In this document: positions 12,317-45,810 of the stretch, one piece after another
Position numbering within the stretch: the first letter of the stretch is position 1
Layout of the letters: each line of letters begins with the position of its first letter
Source: Podarcis erhardii
Lineage: Eukaryota
Assembly: GCA_964252035.1 (NCBI GenBank)
Contig: OZ176212.1
Length of the DNA: 64,000 bases
Reading direction: 5' to 3' (one strand)
The notes under the pieces: model-generated
Databases searched by the model: none
Told to the model about the DNA's origin: nothing
The model's input: only the letters and a program-made list of their open reading frames with translations
Translations under genes and position numbers: made by a program

Positions 12317-12898
12317 GGGGCGCGGGTGGTGCTGTGGTCTAAACCACCGAGCCTCTTGGGCTTGTCAAGCAGAAGGTTGGCAGTTTGAATCTGCCCAACA
12401 GGGTGAGCTCCCGTTGCTCTGTCCCAGCTTCTGCCAACCTAGCATTTTGAAAGCACAACAGTGCAAGTAAGAACCCCTGCAGCAGGAAGGTAAACAGTGT
12501 TTCCATGCACTCTGGTTTACGTCACGGTGTTCCATTGTGCCAGAGGTTTAGTCATGCAGGCCACATGACCTGGAAAGCTGCATGTGGACAAATGCCAGCT
12601 CCATAGCTGTCAACCTTCCCCTTTTTTGTGGGAAATTCCCTTATTCCAGCAGAGTTTCCCGCTGCTATCCCGGATTGTTAGATATCCCGTAGACTGTCCC
12701 CGGGACAGGTGAGGCTGCTGATCCCTTATTTTTGAGGATGCTGATCCCTTATTTTCGAGGCTGTTGATCCCTTATTTTCAAATCTGAAAATTGACAGCTA
12801 TGGCCAGCTCCCTTGGCTTGAAGCAAGATGAGCACACACCCCAGTCGTCCTTGACTGGATCTAACCGTCCAGGGGTCCTTTAACTTTACCATACCTGC
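12317..12898 (+). mobile_element. Sauria SINE interrupted by a hAT MITE
   Basis: Head GGGGCGCGGGTGGTGCTGTGGTCTAAACC and tail GGGGTCCTTTAACTTTACC, with a flanking CCCTGTGA(G) duplication. Homologous to 47836-48188. Confidence 0.85.
12602..12802. mobile_element. hAT-type MITE, 201 bp
   Basis: 12-bp terminal inverted repeats CATAGCTGTCAA / TTGACAGCTATG and a perfect 8-bp target duplication GCCAGCTC (12594-12601 and 12803-12810). Confidence 0.88.
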
Positions 12899-13533
12899 CC
12901 CTGTGAGTCACTGAACTTCTGCATATATGGATTTTAGAAAATGGTGTGCCCCACCTTGTCATCACTTGACAGTGGAGGAAGACTGGAGAGCTCTCACAGA
13001 GGAGCTGAAAGAGGCCGTTTAGAAGACCGTGCTGCTTTTAGCAGCCAACCTGCTCAGTGTGTTTTTTCCTACCCTGGAAAATTTTTTAGTCCTGAGCCTC
13101 AGTGTATAAAAGCAGGGATGTAGCCCTCCTAATGCTGTTACTATTAATTATATTTGTTGTATGTGTTGCTTGCCTCTAGCTCCTGTCAGCCTCTGCAAGC
13201 ATGGCCAAGAGTCACACCTGACAGAGGCCATAATCTCTGAAAGACCACAGGTCCCCCATCCCAGAGGTAAAAGATAATCCCGTCCTCTCAAAAGCCAGTC
13301 ATGGCACACAAGCTGGTTTTAGACTAAATGAGAAGTTATCTTTTTTTTTTTTATAAATATTTATTAAGGTTTTTAAATATAAATAACTTCTCATTTATAT
13401 TTAAATGAGAAGTTATCTTTTTGAATATAAGAGTGTGGGCAGAGGGAGGGCCTGTGAGAGCCTGAGGCTTGCTCATGCAACCCAATGCAATGGCCTTATA
13501 TTGTGCATGAACCAAGCGTTGGATCTTCTAAGG

Positions 13534-13724
13534 CAGAGCTTTCCAAACTTTTCATGTTGGTGATGCACTTTTTAGACATGCATTATTTTGCTACACAGTA
13601 ATTCAGTTTATTAGCAAACCGGAGGTTAAACTAACCCCTTTCCAGCCCCAGAAGCATTCAGACGACACATCTGCACACTGCAGCCAACACACTAATGTGT
13701 TGCAACAGTGTTTGGAAAGCTCTG
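13534..13724. mobile_element. hAT-type MITE, 191 bp
   Basis: Perfect 15-bp terminal inverted repeats CAGAGCTTTCCAAAC / GTTTGGAAAGCTCTG. The 8-bp flanks TTCTAAGG / TTCTAGGG match at 7 of 8 positions. Confidence 0.85.
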
Positions 13725-13971
13725 TTCTAGGGCACTGGTGGAGCACCAGAAGTTCCGGGACTCCAGTTCCTATCAGCCCTAGTCAGGATGCTCAAGAGTC
13801 AGGGATGATGGAAACTGTAGACAAGCATTGGGAGGTCCACAGGTATCCCATCCCATCTCTGCTCCAAGAAGACTGAAACAATCAGAAAAGGAAGCACGAA
13901 GTGTCTTCTTTTTTAAAAAAAGACTCTACAGACCCATTTGGTGTGCTGTTGGTTTTTCTTTTTTTTAACAC

Positions 13972-13977
13972 TTTATT
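13972..13977 (-). terminator. SRCAP poly(A) signal (AATAAA)
   Basis: TTTATT on the plus strand, about 1.2 kb past the SRCAP stop codon. Confidence 0.65.
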
Positions 13978-15166
13978 CATAGCATTATTCTGAAGAAAGA
14001 TTACATCGGTCTTCTGTACAAGTTCTGAACATGCTTCAGTAGGAAAGACAGCTCCATGGGAACACCTCCCCCTCCACCCCAACTGCACCCCCTTCCCCCA
14101 AACCAGAGAACTACTGCCACCCCTCAATCCCACTGCGGTGGGGGAGGGGAGGGAACGTTGTGCTCCCCTATACAAAATAACCTTTGCATAGATTATGTTC
14201 AAAAGAACCTATTTTACAATGAGAGCTGTACACAGAGAGGCAGGGAAGGGAAGAGGGATTTGATCCAACTCAGAAGCCCACAGAGTCCTCGGAGCAGTGA
14301 GGCTGCAATATACATCATTAAAAATAAGACCATCTCTCCTGGTGGCAATGCAAAACGTGAGGGCACAACCTTCCCCTTTTCACGGAGACAACTCTGCTAC
14401 CTCCTTGTGCCTCAAGAGGGCCCTAAGCTGTGAACGGAATAAACAGGGCGACAATCAAAAGGGAAAGCCAGAGAAGGGGACCCAGCATTTGGTCACTGTC
14501 ATTTAAAAACCAACCCAGAGGCATTAAAAAAGTAAGAGCTAATTGTGTTATAAATCAGGAGGGCATCCCCTGCGGGTTTCTTGAGGGGAAGGGGCCGAGG
14601 AAAAGGATGAAGAGCCCCAAAATGTGATTTTTAAAAAGGATGCAAGTGCCTAACGAAAGGCTGAACGGAGGCTTCCCAAAGTGGTACTGAACTTTGCGGG
14701 GGCCATTCAGTGGCAGCGGGAGCCCTGAAGCGTCACTCAGGAGGCCACACCTCTATGGGGCTGCTCCCCCACCCACTCCATGATCAGCAAGTAGCAGAAT
14801 TAATTGGGAACAGTGCTGGCTCTGTCACTTCCCCCACGAGGGAGCAGCTGAGCTACACATCCAGAGCTAGCCAACTTTTGCAGGAGTGTCCCTCGCCCTG
14901 CTCTGAGACAAAGCATCCGGGAGGGAGCAGCCACGCCTGCTGCCCTCCTCCCCCTCCAAGTAGTACTCTTAACAGTCAAGTCTGGAATGCAGGGAGCTGT
15001 GTGGGGACAGGTGAGCCCCATCGGCTGCCCTCCATGATAACGGGAGGATCGAGAGCAAGGGGTGGGTCGGGGCAGGGGGCTAAAACTGCTTACAGTATGT
15101 GCGAGGAAGAGCTGGCCATTGCCCACCCCCCACAGAGAAGTGACGGCAGAACTTCTCGCGCTGTGG

Positions 15167-38796
<23,630 letters not shown>

Positions 38797-38984
38797 TTTA
38801 GTTCTCTCTTGCTCTTTGCCTCTCGTCCCAACAGCTTCGTTTGCGGTTGTAGTGCTGGCTTCCTGCTCCAGTGCATGCTCGGAACCGGCCTCATTCTGGT
38901 CAGCCAGCCACTGGGACGAGCCGTCCAGCTCCTGGGTTCCTTGGCAGCCCAGCCTGCGCTCGGGACTGCCTGTCTCAGAATTAT
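38797..38984 (-). CDS. SRCAP: 5' part of SRCAP exon 3; UTR in the canonical isoform, but open in frame with the MQSS start
   Basis: After the acceptor TCTCTAG|AT come 2 nt plus 62 stop-free codons (NSETGSPERR...EQERTK) leading straight into MQSS. Confidence 0.6.
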
Positions 38985-40061
38985 CTAGAGATTCATGAAG
39001 ATAAATCAGTCGCATTGTGATCAGAGCCAGACTGAAAAGAACTGAAAGACACCCACTCAAGAACAAGCTAAAGGAAGATTTTCAGAGGAAGTGAAATTAA
39101 ACGTCAAAATGACATTAGCATGCCCTCTGCCTACAATTTTACTTTCCTTTAACACAAAGTAAAGCACTAAAAATTAAAGAAGGAAAGTAATGCACCTTAA
39201 AAGCAGCTATTAACTAAAGAGCATAAATGTAAACCAAGCAGTTCCCAGTTGATCAAATTTCATTTCTCACTAGGTTTTTTTTCAAAAAATAAGCTGTGAG
39301 TATAAATATGATTTGATTAATGATTACAGTGAAGGGAGGAGGGGTTCTTTTTTCCTTTTTTGTTGCTGTTGCCAAAATCAGGGGAGCCCCAGAAAAATTT
39401 GCTTGGGAGCCAGATCAGCCCCCCCCCCCCCAACTGGGGGTTAGCCTCTCCCAATTTACAATATACAAGAGATCTGGTGGCAGAACCCAGTAGAAAATTA
39501 ATATATCCAACAGAGTAGCTATCAAAAACATAACAGCATTAGAAAATCTCCGTTGCTAAGTTTGTACACACAAGCAAACATTTTCTGTTACAGAATAAAT
39601 GTTTGGGTAATGTGAAAATATGTTTTCTCTCAAAGTTTGCATTTAAAACTTTAATATTTAGACACAAAAGATGTAAACCCTGCCTACAAGTAGAGGATTC
39701 CCCTATCTTCCTCCACTGGATACATATTCTACTGTTTAGTACTATATGCCTAGACTTTCCAAAAATTTCCAGGGGAGCTATGAACAGACACTGTAAATTT
39801 TATTTCATTCCTTTGAGCTGCTTTTTATATCCCTCCATCATATCTCAACAAGCAAATTAAGTTTAGTTGTGGCCAAGCCAGATTCCAGTACATAATAAAT
39901 TCTGGCCCATCAATATAGATGTTGGTGACAGAAAAAGCATTTTGAAAAGAAAATAAATCCAACACTGAGCTCAGAAAAACAGCCAAAGATTTATATTTGC
40001 TTGATGTTCCTGCTTAAACCCCTGTTGCCAATTCCCCAATGGTATTCAGTTTCACTTGTAC

Positions 40062-40135
40062 CTGCGTGAGCTGCGAACTCCTCTTGCTTGTCAGGCTGAA
40101 CTTCCAGGGTTTCGCTTTCCTGGGGAATACTACAC
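40062..40135 (-). CDS. SRCAP: SRCAP exon 2 (74 nt); coding only in the extended isoform
   Basis: TTTTTTCAG|G...GCAG|GTACAA. The reading frame g-TGT AGT ATT ... GCA-g gives CSIPQESETLEVQPDKQEEFAAHA, with phase 2 in and phase 1 out. Confidence 0.65.
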
Positions 40136-40279
40136 CTGAAAAAAGATGGAACCGTTAGTCCAGAGAACATTTTGTGTGTGCGCGCATGTGGTAGATGCAC
40201 AGCAACCTATTCCTTTAGGTAAGGATCATTCAAACTTGCTCTTGGGACCCTGAACGACTCTGCCAAAGGGTAGATCAAA

Positions 40280-40413
40280 CCCTGTCTCTCTTTTATTGTT
40301 ACGCAGACAGCATGGGAATAGCTGGCCCACGGGTTGCGGTGGAGAGTTTTACTGTATGCACCAGCTACCAAATTCAAGCCTATGAAAAGAGGCAGGAACC
40401 TGTTTGGGGTGCG
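40280..40413 (-). ncRNA. SNORA30: Box H/ACA snoRNA, SNORA30/SNORA37 family
   Basis: Hairpin 1 is GCACC...GGTGC, followed by H box ACAGTA; hairpin 2 is CTCTC...GAGAG, followed by ACA plus 3 nt. The core GAATTTGGTAGCTGGTGC matches the human SNORA30 core as I recall it. The pocket arm UGGUAGCU is complementary to 28S rRNA AGCUACCA. The host gene SRCAP agrees. Confidence 0.85.
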
Positions 40414-40873
40414 GTTTGGTGAACCACTAGAATTATCTCACTTTCGCATCCACTTTACGGATTCTGAGTTGTCTAGCAGTGTCCTTTTCACTCACTCCCA
40501 TGCCTAGGTATCCAGAGCCCAAAATCTTCTCAGTATCTGGGGCGACCCAGCTAGATGAGTGGAGTATAAATAATAAATTATTTTTATTTTGCTTCCTATG
40601 TACCCACCTTTGCTTCAGAAGTGTCAATATTCTGCCCGTCACCCTCATATCATTATCCCAGGGAAGTTTACTTCCCTTCTTGGCTTCATTCTTTTGAGAG
40701 AGATCTACAACCCATTCATCCTGCAAGCTGAGATTTTGCAACTCAACTCTATTGCTATAGCATCCTATTAACTCTCTGCTTCTATAGCTCAATTTTGGCC
40801 CTAGCTCATAAATAACCCACTATCTCCCAAACCTTTTGTTCCTTCCCTCTCACTCCACACTTAACCCAGTTAC

Positions 40874-43800
40874 CTTGTAATTCTACCTCCCTGGCCTGAC
40901 CCTGCTGGCTCCATATCCTGCTTCAGCCTCTCAGCCAGCCCCTGCCCTTCTACTTCCAATCCTGACACAGCCTCGCCCTCCACATGCTGTGCCAGCCTCA
41001 GCGCCCTCTGTTCAACCTGCCCCAGAATGGAACTAGTCTTAACAGAACTCAATGGAATAGTATCAATGGGACTTTCAGCCACCTTCACTCCCTTCACATG
41101 CAAACCAGCTGGGCCTTCGCCCCACATTGCCCGCCTCATGGCATTGTACCTTTTAATTGCAATTCCCATTACCCCATCCCGCCAATCTTTCAACTCTTGC
41201 TTTCCTGTTAACAGGCCTGGACTTCGTCTCTCTGCCATAGAGTCAGGACTGTTTGCTTTTGAGCCACGAACTGTTACAGAGAGTCGAGACACTGTCTGCT
41301 TAGATCCCAACACGTCCTTCAGCCAGTGTACATTGGCTGATTGGCTTGTAAGCCCATACACCCTTCTTCCCATCCCAGACACAGGTGGCTCAGGACTTGG
41401 TCCTGCTGACTTTACTGCTCCCTGACCTGTCACCATCATGTTTATTCGTTCTTTTATTCCAGCCCGCAATGGCCCTAAAGCAAGTCCATGCCCGGACCCA
41501 AGGCCTGCAGTCCAACCAGAACCTGGTCGTATTGTCGAATAATCTTGTGTCAGTGGCCTACCAAGCCATGGCAAGTACATTCCTTCTGGATGTTGCCTTG
41601 CTCTGTCATCAACATCCTTGGCCAGTATCTCCAACTCCTTAACTATCTGTTCCTGCCTCGGGGGTTCTGCTGGGGTCTGATCAGATCCCTTTCCTGCTTC
41701 CTCCATCACAGGAACCTGATGAAAGCTCTCTATCCTGTTATCTGCCTCAGAGAAACATGACATCCCTTCCCGTCCAATTCTGTACCCCATCATAACCACC
41801 GGCTCACCTACTTTAACCCTAATTGCACGAGACCTCAATTCAGCTGATCGTGTCTCCCTCTGATCTAATTCACCCTTTCCCAGTTGCGTACGAGCCTCCT
41901 TAATCATTCCCTTTTGCTGAGCCATTGCTGTTAAACTGGTCACAATCAACCCTGGAGCCCTGTGCTCCAGCACTCCACGACGGAATCCAGATGAGCGTGT
42001 TGCCCCTTGATGTGGTACCAGTATTGGCCCTTGCCGTAATCCTGCCAACCCTGAAATTATTTTCCCCTTCAACTTGCGACGTTCCTCTTGACTTCCTATG
42101 GCAGTGCGCTGTGACAAATGTGATGAGAGCACTGAGGAACCTGATTTATTCAATTCAGCCACCTTCAGGCTTGGTTCCACTTGACCTTGAGCCAGGTTTG
42201 TATCAGATGCCAACCAAGTGACTCTGGTATCTTCTTCACTTGGTTTTGCCCTTTGACTCAATATCCCCTCCCTGGAAAGCACGCCTGCCATCTCCTGAGT
42301 TGGTCCTCCCAACTGTTCTTCTAATTCTGGGCTCCAAACTAATGTCTTCTCCTGAGAGGGTACCTTTCTTCCCATAGTACCTTGATGCTGCTCAGTCAAC
42401 GCAATCTCACCTACACTTGTAACCTCCACTACTGGTCCCTGAAATGGTTCCACCAGCACCTTAGTATCACTCTGATCCCTGAATAATGCCTCTCTTATTT
42501 CTCGAGATTCCTCCCTAGTAACCCTCTCAGTTGAACCCAACTGCTTGGCTTCTCCCTGATCAAGTCCTACTTGCTCTTTTGTCTCCCTTTGTTCTGGTTC
42601 TGCTAGCTCTCCAACTTTCTCCTGACTAGTTCCTAGTTTCACCTCTTCTCCAGGCCCCATCTCCTGACTTTGCACAAGTTCTTCCTCCAGGCCTCCAGTT
42701 TCTTCTTGTGCTCCAGCTACTATCACTGGTGCTCCCACCGCCTCCTCCCTTCCTTCTTCCTGACCCACTGCACTCATCTTTTCTGTTTCCCTCTGAGCTG
42801 CTCCTATCACTTGCTCAGCCACATCAAGAGCCACGTGTATCATATCCTCCTTGACAGTCACCTCCTCAGTCTCTACCTGACTTGTCACTACCAAACCCTC
42901 CCCCTCAATAAATGCTACATCACTCTTTGAAGTTGCGACCTCTGCCTCCCTCTTATCTTCCCCTTCCTCCACTGTGGCTACCATACTGCCAATCTCACCC
43001 TGACTTATCCCAGCCAAATCCTCAACTTGCTTTTGATCTTCTACTGATTCCACATCTTTCTCTGCAGCCACCTCTTCTGCCTGCTTTTCATCTATTCTTG
43101 GTGATCCCTGATCCAGTGTTGATGCCATACTTTCTTTTTCAGTCTTACCCTCAACTTCTCCCTGACTTGCCCCCACCAAATGCTCAGCCTTCTCCTCAGC
43201 TGCACCTGCCTCTCCCTCAGCAATCACCAACTCTGACCCCCTCAGATCTTCTTGTAGGACTTCAGCTTTAACTTGATCCATTGATGGTGCCACCTCCTCT
43301 GGTTCTCCCCTGCTTGACTTCACCAAGTCTTCAACTTCCCCCCAACCCTCTGATGATGCCAAATCTCCTTCCACAATCATGCTTTCAGCCTCTCTCTGAT
43401 CTACTCCAGATACCCTGTCTTCCCTTTCAATTTCCTCACCAAGTCCCTCCTCACTTGGTCCAACTGTCATCTCCGCCTCCCTCTTACCCAAAACTGGTTC
43501 CTCCTCTCCAGTCAACACCTCAATTTCCCCCTGACCTAGTCCTACCAACTCCTCCTCACCCCTTGCTAATATGGCATCTTCCTCTGCAGTGACTTCCTCT
43601 AGCTCTCTCTCATTTACATCTGGCACCTTCTCAGTTTCCTCATAGTCAATTGCAGGTGCCATATCCTCTTCCTTTCCAGTGACCTCTAGGATCTCCCCTT
43701 GACCCAGTCCTGACAACTCCTCCATTTCTCCATGATTATCTGTTGATTCACCTTCTTTCTCACTCTCTCCCACCTCCACAGACTCTGGCATCTTTTCAGC

Positions 43801-44571
43801 CTCCCCCACTGCCTCATCTTCCCTGACAGTTGCCTCAGCTTCCCTCTCTTCCAGTTCCATCAACTTTTCCTGTTCATCTCGCTTTTCAACCCTCTCTCCA
43901 GAATCTACATGGTCCTCTTCTACCAAATCCTCTTCTTTCCCGTGGTCCGGCCCTGACAACTCCTCAGTCCAATTTCCCCCCATTTCTAGAACCATTTCAC
44001 CCTCTCCAAGCAGTGTTTCTTCCTCATGAATAAATTCCTGAGTCTCCTGCTGATCCATTTCTTTTCCAGTCTTCCCCTCAGCTTCCCTCTCGTCTGGGCT
44101 CCCAAAAACACTGGTTTCCTCCTGATTTGGTTCTCTTGACTCTTCAACTTCTTCTTTCTCTCTATTACTCTTAAGCTGAAGTTCCTCAAGAATCACTGTC
44201 TCCAACTCTTCTGCTTTTCTCAGATCTGGTTCAATAATTTCCTCAGCCTCTTCCCCAGACATTCCTAATGCCACTTCTCTTTTCAGTGCATCCTCAGCCA
44301 CCCCCCTATCCAGTTCCGCTAAGGGTCCAAATGTATCCTGGTCTGGTTCCATCAACTCTCTAGTAGTTGGTGCTTCATGTTCTTTTTCAGCCTCCTCTTC
44401 TGCCTCTGAGTCTTTAGCCTCTCCCTGTCCCACACCTGTCTCTGGAAGCAATCCAGTTATCTTTCTCTCTGCCTCATTGGGAGGTCCTTCCACTGTGGTC
44501 TCTTCATTCACTACAGCCTCCTTTCCCTTCCTATCATCCTGAGCTTCAGCCTGCCCCTCCTCAGGCTCCAT
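40874..44571 (-). CDS. Giant Glu-rich exon/ORF (3698 nt, 1232 codons plus 2 nt) in SRCAP intron 1; putative alternative N-terminal exon of SRCAP
   Basis: The ATG at 44571 has a strong Kozak context (GTCATGG) and an in-frame TGA upstream. The frame has no stops over 3.7 kb. It ends ACA AG|GTAACT, in phase with exon 2. No homology to TE proteins was recognised. Confidence 0.72.
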
Positions 44572-45454
44572 GACCACATTAACCTTTCACTTATTTCTGG
44601 TCTGGTTTCTTGCAAAACTTTGATGGTAACTGCAACCCCCTCCCAACTTTTCAAGTATTATCACTAGCCACCCAAACCCTAGAGCAGTGCAATGGCTCAA
44701 GTTCCAGATGATACCCTAATACCCTTTGAACTTGCCACCCTTTCGCAGAACCTTTGCGCCCCGCTAAAAATCAATCCTTGTACCCGCAATCCTGCATTTA
44801 TTCATTCATTGCATCCTAATCGAAAGCGATTCCCCCTCTGACGCCTAGTTTCTTTCTTTTTCAGCACAAGTTAGATGCCCTTTGATTTCCCCCCACCCTT
44901 TAACCCCTTTGTCACCCTTTCCCTCCCACCTTTTCCCTTTGACCCCTTGACCCCGCCCCGGTTTCCCCCCAAACCCTCCCTCCCTCCCTCGCCCTCCCTC
45001 CCTAGTCCCCTGAGAATCCCCGCTCGCCCCTCCCCCACCCGCTGAGGAGTAGGCGGCCGTTGGTTGGTCGGTTTCGCGGCGCGCGAGGAAACGAGGTGAC
45101 GGGGGGTGGGAGGAGGGCGATAGGTGAAGTAATAATAGGCCAGCATTGAGAGCGGCCGTTGGCTGGGTAAGCGCGTGCGGCTCCCACATTGGCTCCTTTC
45201 TCTTATTTCCCGCCCCGCCACACTCCATTAGTGCGCCCTCTATAGGCAGGGGAGGGAAATGACCGACGGGAGAGAGGAAGGGACGGGGGAGGTAAAAGGC
45301 CGCGCGCGCGCGCGACCCCCGGCAACCAGGCACACGCGCGCGCTCTTATCTGTTTCCTCACTTTTCCCTCCCGACTCGAAGCAGAGACTTGCACCCTTCC
45401 AGAGAGGTGGGTGTGAGCGAGAGGAGTAGAGCCCCGGCCGGTCCGCCATCTTAC

Positions 45455-45810
45455 CTGGGTGGGAGGGGGGAGGAGTGAGGAGGGAGGGGAGGCGCCTCCT
45501 GCCCCGCCTCCTCCTGCCGCCGCCTCAGCCCCAGCGCCGCCGCCTCGGCCGGAGAGAATCCGCCGCCATCCGCGGCCCCCAGGCCTCTCCCGCGCGACTT
45601 CTCCCTTTGCGCGGCCTTCGCCGGTGCTCCTCGGCACGTCGCCCACCCCTCCCACCCGGATGCTGATCCCTAACCAGGCCCCGCCGAGCCAGACCCGACC
45701 CGCCGCGGCAAAATGGCGGCCGCCACCACCAAGCGCCAGGGCCAGCCCCTCCCTCCTCCCACCGCTCCCTCCACCCGCCGGCCTCGGCGCTCAAGTCTCG
45801 CGAGAGCTCG
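45455..45810 (-). promoter_or_regulatory. SRCAP: SRCAP non-coding exon 1 and CpG-island promoter (island about 45050-46350)
   Basis: The donor CCAG|GTAAGA ends the exon at 45455. A perfect TCTCGCGAGA (BANP/CGCG element) lies at 45796-45805, YY1-type motifs at about 45442-45452, 45562-45570 and 45710-45720, and CpG density is very high. The TSS cannot be fixed from sequence alone. Confidence 0.75.

Noticed and set aside
45455-45569. Exon-1 ATG as the start of an extended SRCAP via exon 2
   Set aside because: It terminates after 14 codons and is not in the exon-2/3 open frame; only the giant exon supplies an in-frame ATG.
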